Origin: an uncultured Bacilli bacterium
Lineage (GTDB): Bacteria; Bacillota_I; Bacilli_A; RFN20; CAG-826
Length of the DNA: 64,000 bases
Reading direction: 5' to 3'
Assembly (NCBI GenBank): GCA_934725985.1
Contig: CAKVCX010000001.1
Coordinates: forward strand, 365,910 to 429,909
Below, piece after piece: positions 1-10,027 of this stretch. The position numbers and the translations under genes are program-made. Numbering within the stretch: position 1 is the first letter of the stretch; every line of letters begins with the position of its first letter. The notes below the pieces were generated by a model. It searched no databases. It was not told where the DNA came from and was given only the letters and a program-made list of their open reading frames with translations.

Positions 1-3000
1 AACTAGCTAATCCCAAATATAAACCTAAATCAGCGTTTATTGTTTTATATTGCATTACATAAGTATTGTTTCCTTTAGGGGCAAAGAAGCCAAAGAGCCC
101 TCCATCGAGTTTATAAGTTTGGCAATTTGTATAACTTCCATCTTCTAATTTGGCTTTTACGCTCCACCCTTTGTCAAATCCAAGCTGAGTTACCACAATT
201 TGGTCTTCATTATAGTTAGATGAAAACGAATAAGAATTAACGCTCTTTTTTACATTAAGCAAAGAGCCGTTTTTAAGCATGGATATTTTATTTTGCATAA
301 GCGAATAATCTTCGACAACAAAATTAATTGTTGATAAAGCCGCTTTATGTCTGTGAGTCAAACTATTCCCATATTTAGGCCAATATAGAACGATATTTTT
401 GACTTTGCCACCCTTTGCATAAAGGCCAATTGTAGAATTAGACCAACTGTTTTTCTTAATACCCGCAATATTCTTCATTCCTACATAGTCATAACAAAGC
501 AGTTGATTTTGAATTATGTTTCCGTTCTCATCTTTCTTGTCGCCGAAAACCATCACCTGCGGCATGAAATTATAAGAACTTGAATCAAGAGAACTATAAG
601 CAGAATTATAGTATTTAAATTCAATATATCCACCATCATAGCTAGAAGTAAAGTAACTATTATCAAGCTTTGAGATTACCACGTGGTCTTTTCCGGCAAC
701 AATTTCTTCATTTGAATACATGCGTTCCATTCCATTGTTATTGTTAAAAAAGTAATTAACGCCATTATTAGAATAACTTGATGATTTATTCGGAAGCAAA
801 GAATCACCCTCGTTACCAATATATCTATCAATTCGGACACTTCCATTATTAAACACATCTACTCCATAAGTAGAAGAAAGAACTGAAGAAGATGAAATCC
901 ATTTATACTCTTTTTCATTAAATCCAGTTGGCAAAACTGCATCTTCTTCAAAAATTGCGCCCATTTGTTCAATTTGAGAAATATCATACTGGTGGATGAA
1001 AGACTCACGACTTGAAATAGATGATCCATAAAAATTAGTCTTTTGATATTGCTTCTCTACTTTAAAGCGATAAATCTTGTCTTTATTAATGCTATGCCCA
1101 AGGCTAGGAAGATAGTCTTCGCTTACCCTATATACTCTATACATATTCCTGTTTTTTGAATAAGAAGGCATCTCAACGGCCCCAAAAGGAACATTTTCTC
1201 CAATCCAAGGATAACCAGTCTGATTGCTAATTACATAATATCTAAAGCCTAAAGTAGAATCGACGCCCCATCTTTTATTTCTATAAGAGCCACTCCAACC
1301 TGTATCTATAAATTTTTCGCCATTATAAGTTTCTTTCTCACTCGATGCACTTTTAAATCCATTCATGATTGCAAAATCATTCACTTCAAAATTAAGAAGA
1401 GAATGAAATGAGCTAGATTCCGGCAGACCGACTGCATACTGATAGTTTTCACTGCCCCCGCTAGCATCAAAATAAGCCCTATAGAAAGAATCGTCATTTT
1501 CCTTAATTAAATTGGCCATTTCCCTATTGGCATTAAGAGAGACTTCTCCTCCCATATAAGTATTTTCAATTGACCACAATCCAACGTAGGCATAAGCGGT
1601 GTTCCCCATGACCACGGCCTCAATGGCAATGAAAATAAATAAAGCATGAGGCAACCATTTCTTCTTTTGTCCAAGAATAAAAAGCAATGTCTCAACAACT
1701 ATTAAAGCAAGTTGATAATACAAATACCATTGCCTAGACAAATCATTCCATAAATCTGTAGGAAGTTTGTAGTTACTTATAAAATAAGTCATGCCATTAA
1801 TTCGTTCTATTGTTTTTCCTTTAAGAAGGATAAAAATAGCCAAATAAGACAAAATCGTTCCTATAAAGGCAAGGATAGAACCACTTAAATATAATAAAGA
1901 AGGATATTCTTTTCTTTTATCAAAAGCCCTGCAACCATAATAAACAATAGGGAGAATCAAAACAAAAAACCATCGTCCATATCCATTCCCACTAAAGCCA
2001 AAGAAGAAATAATAAGCAAAAGTCGTAAACAAAAGAAAAAGACAAAAAGCAATTGCAATTATATGATCGAATCTTCTCTCTTTTATAGAAATAAGCAAAG
2101 AAGAAAAGAACAAAAATATAAAGGGCGTGTAGCAAAATATCGATGCAGTCCAAGCATCATAAGTAGAACTAGAGCCAACAATTAAAGGCAAAGTTTGGAA
2201 ACCACCAGTTGGGAAAAAGAAGGAAACTAGCCCCATTAATTCTCTACCAGGATTATCTCCGACTTCTTCAAATAAAAGCGAGAAAAAAGCAAATGAATCT
2301 TTTCCAATTAAGGATTGCTTCAGCGAATTAAAATAGGCGCTCCCAATGGAAGAGGTTCTTCCCGATAAACTGCTTTGCCTTAATGAAGGAAATAAGGCAA
2401 AGGAGCCTAATAAAATTCCTAAAGCAAAACCGCATATGCCCAAAAGAATTACTTTCGTAGAAACCAAAGCATTTCTATCTTTTATAGTTTGGAAATATCG
2501 CCATAAAGCATAAATTACCCCAAAAATGCACATGGGCACAAGTAATAGAAAGCAAGATAGTTCCAATAAAAACAAGCCAAAAACCAAATTCCCTATTTTG
2601 CATTCCCTAATAGTTTTTTCAATTCCTAACAAAATTAATGGAACATACGTTATAGCGGAAACAAAAGTAGGAAAACCTACCATAAAATTTAAATATCCGG
2701 AAAAAGCAATGGCCAAACTTCCAAACCTAGACGCCCCTTTACTTATATGCATATAGGAAAGATAACTTTTAGCAAAAAAAGCAGTTAAAGTGATCTTTAT
2801 TATTGTTGATATTGCATATAGGAAAGGAATCCAAGAAGAAGGGAAGATAGACATAACAATAACAAAAGGATCAAACAAACCATAATAGGTGTTCGAGCCA
2901 ATATTGTCTCCCCCTAAAAATAAAATTGAATCATATAAAGGGAACTCACCCGTTGCAAAAAAAGTTCTCCAAGAAGAAACATAATCATAGGCAAATGGCA

Positions 3001-3205
3001 AATATTGATGTGAATAGTCCCAATTAAAGGCGCTAGTAAAACTGTTAGCAGCAAGACCATACCCACACCAAGCAAAACCTACAACAATCAAAGCAAGGCC
3101 AAAATAAAAATCACTCCATGGGTTAAATAAAAATGTACATTTTTTCTTTAAAAGAAGTTTAAAATCAAACTTCTTCTCTCGATAGGAAGCCAAGCTATTT
3201 GACAT
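1..3205 (-). CDS. YfhO-family polytopic membrane protein (putative glycosyltransferase), 3' end beyond window
   Basis: Continuous minus-strand reading frame from ATG at 3205-3203 to the window edge (not in ORF track because no stop inside window). N-terminal ~450 aa are W/F/Y-rich multi-TM segments followed by a large hydrophilic domain, the typical YfhO architecture. Confidence 0.55.
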   Translation of the reverse strand, partial: MSNSLASYREKKFDFKLLLKKKCTFLFNPWSDFYFGLALIVVGFAWCGYGLAANSFTSAFNWDYSHQYLPFAYDYVSSWRTFFATGEFPLYDSILFLGGDNIGSNTYYGLFDPFVIVMSIFPSSWIPFLYAISTIIKITLTAFFAKSYLSYMHISKGASRFGSLAIAFSGYLNFMVGFPTFVSAITYVPLILLGIEKTIRECKIGNLVFGLFLLELSCFLLLVPMCIFGVIYALWRYFQTIKDRNALVSTKVILLGICGFALGILLGSFALFPSLRQSSLSGRTSSIGSAYFNSLKQSLIGKDSFAFFSLLFEEVGDNPGRELMGLVSFFFPTGGFQTLPLIVGSSSTYDAWTASIFCYTPFIFLFFSSLLISIKERRFDHIIAIAFCLFLLFTTFAYYFFFGFSGNGYGRWFFVLILPIVYYGCRAFDKRKEYPSLLYLSGSILAFIGTILSYLAIFILLKGKTIERINGMTYFISNYKLPTDLWNDLSRQWYLYYQLALIVVETLLFILGQKKKWLPHALFIFIAIEAVVMGNTAYAYVGLWSIENTYMGGEVSLNANREMANLIKENDDSFYRAYFDASGGSENYQYAVGLPESSSFHSLLNFEVNDFAIMNGFKSASSEKETYNGEKFIDTGWSGSYRNKRWGVDSTLGFRYYVISNQTGYPWIGENVPFGAVEMPSYSKNRNMYRVYRVSEDYLPSLGHSINKDKIYRFKVEKQYQKTNFYGSSISSRESFIHQYDISQIEQMGAIFEEDAVLPTGFNEKEYKWISSSSVLSSTYGVDVFNNGSVRIDRYIGNEGDSLLPNKSSSYSNNGVNYFFNNNNGMERMYSNEEIVAGKDHVVISKLDNSYFTSSYDGGYIEFKYYNSAYSSLDSSSYNFMPQVMVFGDKKDENGNIIQNQLLCYDYVGMKNIAGIKKNSWSNSTIGLYAKGGKVKNIVLYWPKYGNSLTHRHKAALSTINFVVEDYSLMQNKISMLKNGSLLNVKKSVNSYSFSSNYNEDQIVVTQLGFDKGWSVKAKLEDGSYTNCQTYKLDGGLFGFFAPKGNNTYVMQYKTINADLGLYLGLAS

Positions 3206-3209
3206 AAGC

Positions 3210-3539
3210 TCATTCTATTTCTTTCTTTTGCTCTTCGCCAATCCCAACAACGTCTTTTACAGGCACGGCAAAAGCAATTCCTTGCCCTTTCGTATCCATG
3301 CCAGCACCTTTGTTAACAGACAATAAAACGGCATCCCTAATTGAAGAAGGAACCAAAATCAAAACTACTTCTTTTTCAGGTGTTATAGTGACACCGAATA
3401 ATTGTTCCATATCTTTGTTACCGGTTCCTCTAGCCGTAAAAACAGTTCCGCCTCTAGCGCCTGCATCTCTAGCAGCAGTCATAACCAAATCGGTAAAGCC
3501 ATGATTAACAATGCATATAACTAATTCATAATTGTCCAT
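3210..3539 (-). CDS. P-II family (GlnB-like) signalling protein
   Basis: 109 aa; MDNYELVICIVNHGF...ARGGTVFTARGTG resembles the P-II fold consensus. Sits downstream of a DUF1538 membrane gene as in known DUF1538/P-II clusters. Confidence 0.5.
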   Translation of the reverse strand: MDNYELVICIVNHGFTDLVMTAARDAGARGGTVFTARGTGNKDMEQLFGVTITPEKEVVLILVPSSIRDAVLLSVNKGAGMDTKGQGIAFAVPVKDVVGIGEEQKKEIE

Positions 3540-3990
3540 TTTTTTCTTCCTTTTCTACTTTATTCTCATTCCTTTCCTCAATCTTGCTTTCAATTCTCTC
3601 TTTTAAAGATAGTTTTTCACTAAATTGAGTATTGGAAAGCATTTTATATATCGATACCCCCATAACCGAATCAATAGGACAAACATAGGCAATGCCTTTA
3701 GATAAAGAGGAGACGTCAAATCTTTTTTCTAAATCTTTTTTTAAAAGTGGCCACCTTTCTTCTTTAACTACAGACATTATTACGTCTTTTTTAAGTTCCC
3801 CTATGCCCATGACTTCAATAATGGCACTAGGGGCCGTCCCACGTCCGTGAAATGAGGTGCAGAAAAAAGCCTCATTGTCAAATAGAATGGCATTTATTGC
3901 ATCTCTTTGGCCGTCACGAACAACTACTGTAACAAAAAGCAGACGCTGTAATTTATGGGTTTTCTCATAAGGGGTAAATTCTTTTCCCAT
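3526..3990 (-). CDS. P-II-like/DUF190-type small regulatory protein
   Basis: 154 aa; LLFVTVVVRDGQRDAINAILFDNEAFFCTSFHGRGT is a P-II-like core; acidic/lysine-rich tail. Confidence 0.4.
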   Translation of the reverse strand: MGKEFTPYEKTHKLQRLLFVTVVVRDGQRDAINAILFDNEAFFCTSFHGRGTAPSAIIEVMGIGELKKDVIMSVVKEERWPLLKKDLEKRFDVSSLSKGIAYVCPIDSVMGVSIYKMLSNTQFSEKLSLKERIESKIEERNENKVEKEEKNGQL

Positions 3991-5567
3991 TAGGCCACCT
4001 CCTCTTCAAAATGAATAACTTGATCATCATTTTCCTCAACAAGACGTTTCCTGGTTTTGCGATATATGGCATTAGTTTTAATCTTGCTATATAAACCAAG
4101 CCCTTGGACAACTATAAGAGGCATCATGGCAACCATGGCAACCAGTCCAAATCCGTATAAATAAACATCTTCTCCCCTTGAATAGGCAAAGCCAATACAA
4201 AAAGGCAAGATAAAGGTAGAAGTCATCGGCCCAGAAGCAACTCCACCTGAATCAAAAGCCATAGCAGTATATATTTTTGGAACTAAAAAGGATAAAACAA
4301 AGGCAATGATGTATCCGGGAATTATGTAATACATAATATCAAATTGAAAATAAGCACGTATTATTTGCATGCAGACGGCGGTGCCAATGGATAAGGATAA
4401 AACAATTAACATTGTCTTCTTTTTTATCGTCCCTTCGCTTAAGTCCTGGACTTGTTGGACAAGAACATGAACAGCTGGTTCTGCCAAAACGCCAAATAAG
4501 CCAAACAAAGCCCCAAGAATCAAGGCGAATGGCAAAAAATCACTTCTATGGCCCAAGGTTTGTCCAACCTTAGAAGCAATAGGCATGAATCCAGATTCTA
4601 CCGCGGATAAAAACATTACCAAACCCACATATACAATCATCATTCCTAAAATAATTCTAACTACCGTTTTCCAAGGAAGCCTGATGAAAATAAATTCATA
4701 AATTAAAAAGAAAGCTAAAATCGGCAAAACTGATATAGCGACACTTTTTAAACAAGAAAGCAAAGAATGAGCAAAATTTGCGCCAATGTCCTCAACCAAA
4801 GAATCAAGTGGATTTTTATAATCAGCTATTGAAGGAAGCTCTTGCCCGGTTGCTTTCATTATAGAAGCAATGATAACTACAAATAAAATCGGGCCTATCG
4901 AACATAATGCAGTCAAGCCAAATGAATCTTCGGCCGACTTAGCTCCATGGCTAACCGCCATGCCTAGCCCGAAGCCCAATAAAAAAGGCACCGTAACTGG
5001 ACCAGTAGTAACTCCGCCAGAATCAAAACAAATGGGTAAAAACCTAGGGTCTATTATATATAAAAGCATGAAAATCAAGCCATAAAAGGCAATGAACATA
5101 ACATTTAAATTTAAGGAGAAGAAAACCCTGACAACTCCAATTACCAAAAAGACACCAACGCCAATCCCGATAGTCCAAATAATTATGTTTTCATCAATTC
5201 CTATCTGGCTAGATAAAACAGTTAAATCAGGTTCAGCAATAGTAACAAGTACGCCGAGCATAAAAGTCATGGCGACAACAAAAAAGAAATTCTTTTTCTT
5301 AACCAAAGAGCCGCCAATAATTTGGCCAATTTCGGTCATTGATTGCTCCGTGCCCAAATTAAACAAGCCCATGCCGACAATAATCATTAAAACGGCAATC
5401 AAGAAAGTATAGATGTCGTTATTAGTGATTAAATACTCTTCTTCTATTGTTCCAACAGGAAGAGCAAATCTTTCCACAAGGAAAAAAACTAAAATTACCA
5501 ACGCGATCGGCAAAGTGGAAATTATAGATTCCTTAAATTTCGACCACCAATAGCTTAACTTTATCAT
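3990..5567 (-). CDS. DUF1538 family membrane protein (internally duplicated, ~12 TM)
   Basis: 525 aa polytopic protein with two similar halves (…FDSGGVTTGPVTVPF… / …FDSGGVASGPMTSTF…). Stop/start abut the downstream P-II-like genes. Confidence 0.55.
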   Translation of the reverse strand: MIKLSYWWSKFKESIISTLPIALVILVFFLVERFALPVGTIEEEYLITNNDIYTFLIAVLMIIVGMGLFNLGTEQSMTEIGQIIGGSLVKKKNFFFVVAMTFMLGVLVTIAEPDLTVLSSQIGIDENIIIWTIGIGVGVFLVIGVVRVFFSLNLNVMFIAFYGLIFMLLYIIDPRFLPICFDSGGVTTGPVTVPFLLGFGLGMAVSHGAKSAEDSFGLTALCSIGPILFVVIIASIMKATGQELPSIADYKNPLDSLVEDIGANFAHSLLSCLKSVAISVLPILAFFLIYEFIFIRLPWKTVVRIILGMMIVYVGLVMFLSAVESGFMPIASKVGQTLGHRSDFLPFALILGALFGLFGVLAEPAVHVLVQQVQDLSEGTIKKKTMLIVLSLSIGTAVCMQIIRAYFQFDIMYYIIPGYIIAFVLSFLVPKIYTAMAFDSGGVASGPMTSTFILPFCIGFAYSRGEDVYLYGFGLVAMVAMMPLIVVQGLGLYSKIKTNAIYRKTRKRLVEENDDQVIHFEEEVA

Positions 5568-6592
5568 TAGCGCCCCTCCTTCCTGTGCTTTTTCTTAATT
5601 TTAACTTCAATATGCCCTTTGCGTGAATTAACTTTTTCGCTTTTTTCGACTTTCACTTGTTTTTGTCCAAAAATCAAATCCTTGAAACATTTTGGCATCT
5701 CGCTTTTTAAATCATATTCTTTCCCATTCAACGGATTAACAAAAGAGAGCTCATACGCATGCAAACCAAGTCTTTTCAAAGGGTCTTTAGGTTCACCATA
5801 TTTATCATCACCTACAACATAATGCCCAATATGCCCAAGTTGAACCCTGATTTGATTTTTCCTTCCGGAAGATAAATGAACGTCAAGTAAAGAATAATCA
5901 CCTTTTTCTTTTATAAGCCTATAATTTGTGGTTGCTAATTTGCCTCTTTTTTTATCTTTACTTACTCTTATCAATTGGAAACTATCTTGAATTAAATAGT
6001 TTTTTAAGGTCTCCTCTTCTTTTTCCATATGACCTTCTACAATTGCATAATAGGCCCTGCACTTAACTACTTCCTGCCAATTGTTTTGAAGAGCCTGCGC
6101 TACTTCATAACTCTTAGCAAAAATAAGGACACCAGAAGTATCCTCATCCAATCTATGCACAACGAATACACGTCCTTGTTTTTTTTCGCTCATATAAGAA
6201 GAAACAAGTCTATATGCTGTTTTCCCTTTTTCTTTTTCCGTGGCGGTCGTCAATAAAAATGAGGGTTTATCAATGGCTATAATATCCTCATCTTCATAAA
6301 GAATCTTTAACCCTTTTGAATCGCGTTTAGCAATCCTCATTTTTGAAACGGTAACTACATCTTCTGGATAGATTTTAAAATTATATTGAGACACCGGAAC
6401 TCCACCGACTGCAACTTGATGATGAGTTAATAGACTTTTTATTGTTTTTCTTGGGGTATTAGGCATTTTAAACATCAAAAAGTCCATTAGTTCGCTTTCT
6501 TTATAAACCTTATATTCTTTAATGGAGTTGGGATTAATTAATCCCTTCTTACTTCTATGCTCTTTTTTATCATTCTTATTCATATTTATCAC
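5567..6592 (-). CDS. RluA/RluD family 23S rRNA pseudouridine synthase with S4 domain
   Basis: HRLDEDTSGVLIFAKS catalytic-Asp motif; S4-like N-terminal region; K-rich N-terminal extension. Confidence 0.8.
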   Translation of the reverse strand: MINMNKNDKKEHRSKKGLINPNSIKEYKVYKESELMDFLMFKMPNTPRKTIKSLLTHHQVAVGGVPVSQYNFKIYPEDVVTVSKMRIAKRDSKGLKILYEDEDIIAIDKPSFLLTTATEKEKGKTAYRLVSSYMSEKKQGRVFVVHRLDEDTSGVLIFAKSYEVAQALQNNWQEVVKCRAYYAIVEGHMEKEEETLKNYLIQDSFQLIRVSKDKKRGKLATTNYRLIKEKGDYSLLDVHLSSGRKNQIRVQLGHIGHYVVGDDKYGEPKDPLKRLGLHAYELSFVNPLNGKEYDLKSEMPKCFKDLIFGQKQVKVEKSEKVNSRKGHIEVKIKKKHRKEGR

Positions 6593-7457
6593 CTAGATAT
6601 TTCTTTATTTTATTAATATTAGAAACTCCATCTTGAAAGCCTCTATCATATAAACTAAGCAATTCCTGTTTGTCCTTGCACGCTACCCCAACACTCACTT
6701 CTTTATCAGGGCGAATAACGAATACACGCCCTTCTTCTTCTAACCTGTCTAATAGATCCATATCTTTATTATAGCGTTCATGACTTTTCAAAAACGCATC
6801 TAGTAGTAAGGGATAATCCTTATATAAAGATTTAGCTATTACTTTTTGAAGATTCTTAATTTCTTTTTTTCTATACCCTTTATTTCTAGTCGCTATTACA
6901 ACGATTTTTTCTATACCTTCATCAAGCGGTTTTCTAAAAGGAACAGACATCGCTACCCCTCCATCCAAACAAAGACAGCCATCTACGCTAACGGGTTTTG
7001 ATAACAATGGCAAAGAAGAAGAGGCAGTCAAACCTTTATATGGGTCGCTAATTGATTTTTTTTCAAAATAAATGGTTTTTCCTGAATTCATATCCGTAGC
7101 AACCATATAAAAAAGAGAAGGAGAATTGAAAAACTCTTTCTCATTAAAAGGCAAAATCGATTTTGGAACTTCGTGAAATAAAAAGTCAAAATCAAATATA
7201 GTGCCTTTGAAAATTCTATTTCTTACCGAAACAAATTTTGGATCAGACATCAACTCTGTAACAACATATTTGCTTCTTCCAAAATCTTTAGATAGGTAAT
7301 TAGCCCCGCAAAGCGATCCCGCTGATGTGCCAATCACATAAGGAAAACTGATTTTATTAAGCAAAAAAGCATCTAAAACTCCTGCCGCATAGATGCCTCT
7401 AGTACCCCCTCCTTGAATTACTAATGCACTTTTTACCAGATTACCTTGTTCCATCAA
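6576..7457 (-). CDS. patatin-like phospholipase
   Basis: GGGTRG oxyanion motif, GTSAG (GxSxG) nucleophile elbow, DGG catalytic Asp motif. Confidence 0.8.
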   Translation of the reverse strand: MMEQGNLVKSALVIQGGGTRGIYAAGVLDAFLLNKISFPYVIGTSAGSLCGANYLSKDFGRSKYVVTELMSDPKFVSVRNRIFKGTIFDFDFLFHEVPKSILPFNEKEFFNSPSLFYMVATDMNSGKTIYFEKKSISDPYKGLTASSSLPLLSKPVSVDGCLCLDGGVAMSVPFRKPLDEGIEKIVVIATRNKGYRKKEIKNLQKVIAKSLYKDYPLLLDAFLKSHERYNKDMDLLDRLEEEGRVFVIRPDKEVSVGVACKDKQELLSLYDRGFQDGVSNINKIKKYLGDKYE

Positions 7458-7544
7458 TTTAAATTATAGTAAATTTAAGTAAATTTCCTTAGGAAAATCT
7501 TAAACTTCATTCGGTTTATAATATTTTATGTCATAATAGACAAC
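7458..7544. promoter_or_regulatory. divergent AT-rich intergenic promoter region (TATAAT at 7517-7522)
   Basis: Lies between divergently transcribed patatin and 5'-nucleotidase genes; -10-like hexamer upstream of the 7545 ATG. Confidence 0.3.
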
Positions 7545-9140
7545 ATGAACTTTAAAAAATTAAACGTAACACTATTGCTAGGGGTTTTATTGCTTACTTC
7601 TTGCTCGTTTGTTTCATCTATTCAAACTAAAACAAGCCAAGAAGAAATTTCTTCTTCCTTTATAGAAGAAGACTCTTCTAGCCAAAGCGAAGAAAGCAAA
7701 TCTTCTTCTGATTCTAAAGAAGAGGAAGAAACCAAGCTTTTTAATTTTTATTGCGTAAACGATTTCCATGGTTCTATTTTAGAAAAAGTGGACGCAACTT
7801 ATTATGAAGCCGGGATAAAAAAATATTTCGGAGAATTAAAACGCCTAAAAGAAAAAGATCCGGAACACACAATAATTTTATCCGCAGGAGACATGTGGCA
7901 AGGTTCTTTAGAAAGCAATTATTATTATGGCAAAAACATAACCGAAGCCATGAACGAGGTTCCTTTTGATGCAATGGCACTAGGAAACCATGAATTTGAT
8001 TATGGACAACAATATATTTTTGAAAATTTAGAGCTCGCCAATTTCCCATTTTTAGCAGGAAATATAGTTAAATGGAAAAATGGGGTAAGTGATGAAAAAT
8101 GGGATGAACGCATCCTTAGTTCAACCATAATCGAAAAAGATAAAACTAAAATAGGGTTAATCGGAATGATTGGAGATGGGCAAACTACCTCAATCGTTTC
8201 GCCCAATGTCGAAGATATAACTTTTACAAATGCCGAAAAATATGCGATTCAAGAATCAAAAATTCTAAAAAAGCAAGGATGTTCAGCCGTAATACTAATT
8301 ATTCATGCGCCAAATTCTACTATAACAGGAGATAGCAAAAATAAAGGATGGTCCATTAGGTATAAACTCAAAGATTATTTTGATGGCATTTTTACTGGAC
8401 ATACCCATCAAATTGAAGAAGAACAATATTCAAACGTGCCACTAGTTCAGGCAGGAGCTAACGGAAGCGCTTATTCTTATATCCAATTATCCATAAAAGG
8501 GGAGGAAGTAGAATGCAGCGATTATAGGGCAGTTTCTTCCTCGAAGAGTTGGGAAGAAGAAGCTAGTATCACTTCAATCTACAATAAATATATAAATGAA
8601 GAAAGCTTTGTTGCAAAGGCTAGCGAAATGGCAGGAACATTAAATGGCGGTTATTTAGATAAAAATGGTGTTGCCAGGTTAGGATGCAAAGCAATTTTCG
8701 AAGCCTATAAAGAAAAATATCCTAGTCTAGTCTTGAGCATGGAAAATTCCCAAAGATCAAATTTAAACAAAGGGAAAATAACATATTCAGACATTTATAA
8801 AGCAACCCCGTTCATGAACAATATAATAATTGCTAACGTTAAGGGCTCTGATATTTTAAATGAAGCAGCCTATGTTTCAACCTATACTGAAGATATAGAT
8901 AATTACTCTTTTTTAGAAAACAATAAATTTTACACGATTGCCGTCATTGATTACCTTTATTACCATCAAGATACGAATAAAAATTACAATTATTTTCCTA
9001 GTGCTAAAAATGAAATAATTGGAATCGAAAATACTCACCCCTATCAATTGACTTTCGATTATATTAAAAAACAAAAGGATTCAGTGATAAATTATTCCTC
9101 TTTTTCAGCTAATGCAAAAGGATTCAATTTATATAAATAA
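7545..9140 (+). CDS. 5'-nucleotidase/metallophosphoesterase family lipoprotein
   Basis: Signal peptide with lipobox LLLTSC; calcineurin-like motifs NDFHG, GDMWQG, GNHEFD; C-terminal 5'-nucleotidase-like domain. Confidence 0.75.
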   Translation: MNFKKLNVTLLLGVLLLTSCSFVSSIQTKTSQEEISSSFIEEDSSSQSEESKSSSDSKEEEETKLFNFYCVNDFHGSILEKVDATYYEAGIKKYFGELKRLKEKDPEHTIILSAGDMWQGSLESNYYYGKNITEAMNEVPFDAMALGNHEFDYGQQYIFENLELANFPFLAGNIVKWKNGVSDEKWDERILSSTIIEKDKTKIGLIGMIGDGQTTSIVSPNVEDITFTNAEKYAIQESKILKKQGCSAVILIIHAPNSTITGDSKNKGWSIRYKLKDYFDGIFTGHTHQIEEEQYSNVPLVQAGANGSAYSYIQLSIKGEEVECSDYRAVSSSKSWEEEASITSIYNKYINEESFVAKASEMAGTLNGGYLDKNGVARLGCKAIFEAYKEKYPSLVLSMENSQRSNLNKGKITYSDIYKATPFMNNIIIANVKGSDILNEAAYVSTYTEDIDNYSFLENNKFYTIAVIDYLYYHQDTNKNYNYFPSAKNEIIGIENTHPYQLTFDYIKKQKDSVINYSSFSANAKGFNLYK

Positions 9141-9166
9141 AGAACACGTGTATTTAAATTAGGCTC

Positions 9167-10027
9167 TTATTTAGAACTTAATTTTAATAAATCAGAATAT
9201 AAATCTACCCTTCTATCCCTAAACACGCCCCAATCTCGTCTTTCTTTATTTATCTTTTTAAAATCAAACTCATAAGTTAGGCAGTTTTCTTCGTCTCTAG
9301 TTAGTTCAGCAACTTTATTCCCGTACTCATCTGAAATAAAGCTAGAGCCAAAGAAAGTCATAGAAGAATTCTTAATAGATTCCTTGCCAATTCTATTGGC
9401 AGCTAAAACAGGAATTATATTTGATGCAGCATGGCCTTTCATAACGTTTTGCCAATGGTCTTTAGAGTCCTTATCTAAAACGGGCTCAGAACCAATCGCG
9501 GTTGGATAAAGCAATATTTCAGCACCTTTTAAAGCTAAAATCCTAGCTGTTTCAGGAAACCATTGATCCCAACAAATTCCCACGCCTATTTTTCCAATGG
9601 AAGTATCAAAAACCATGAACCCCGTATCGCCGGGAGTAAAATAAAATTTCTCTTCGTAACATTCGCCAGTTGGAATATGTGATTTTCTATATATTCCTAA
9701 AACATTTCCCTTCTCATTAATCATTGCTAATGAATTAAAGTAGCAATTATTATCTTTTTCAAAAAAAGAAATAGGTAAAATTACGTTATATTTTTTTGCC
9801 ATTTCTTGAAAATGGGATATGGTTTTGCTGTTACTAGCAACCTCTGCAAAATCAAAATAATCATAATCCTCTATTTGGCAAAAATAATAACGGGAAAAAA
9901 GCTCGGGAAGCAAAACTAATTTAGCTCCTTGCTTTGCTAATTTTTCGATATAATGGTCGGCTTTTGCGATGTTTTCCTCATAAATAGAAGACATTTTCAT
10001 TTGAACTAATCCTACTTTGACACTCAT
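9167..10027 (-). CDS. aguB: N-carbamoylputrescine amidase (CN-hydrolase family)
   Basis: Nitrilase-superfamily motifs (E...K...GICWDQWFPE). Start ATG at 10027 (MSVKVGLVQ) forms an ATGA overlap with the stop of the upstream gene and has a GGAGG RBS; the ORF-track start at 10060 is likely too long. Confidence 0.7.
   Translation of the reverse strand: MSVKVGLVQMKMSSIYEENIAKADHYIEKLAKQGAKLVLLPELFSRYYFCQIEDYDYFDFAEVASNSKTISHFQEMAKKYNVILPISFFEKDNNCYFNSLAMINEKGNVLGIYRKSHIPTGECYEEKFYFTPGDTGFMVFDTSIGKIGVGICWDQWFPETARILALKGAEILLYPTAIGSEPVLDKDSKDHWQNVMKGHAASNIIPVLAANRIGKESIKNSSMTFFGSSFISDEYGNKVAELTRDEENCLTYEFDFKKINKERRDWGVFRDRRVDLYSDLLKLSSK

Noticed and set aside
4870-5412. Plus-strand ORFs 4870-5085, 5092-5412 inside the DUF1538 gene; 5619-5822 and 6029-6256 inside rluA
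   Set aside because: Antisense to well-supported genes; no RBS; composition artefacts.
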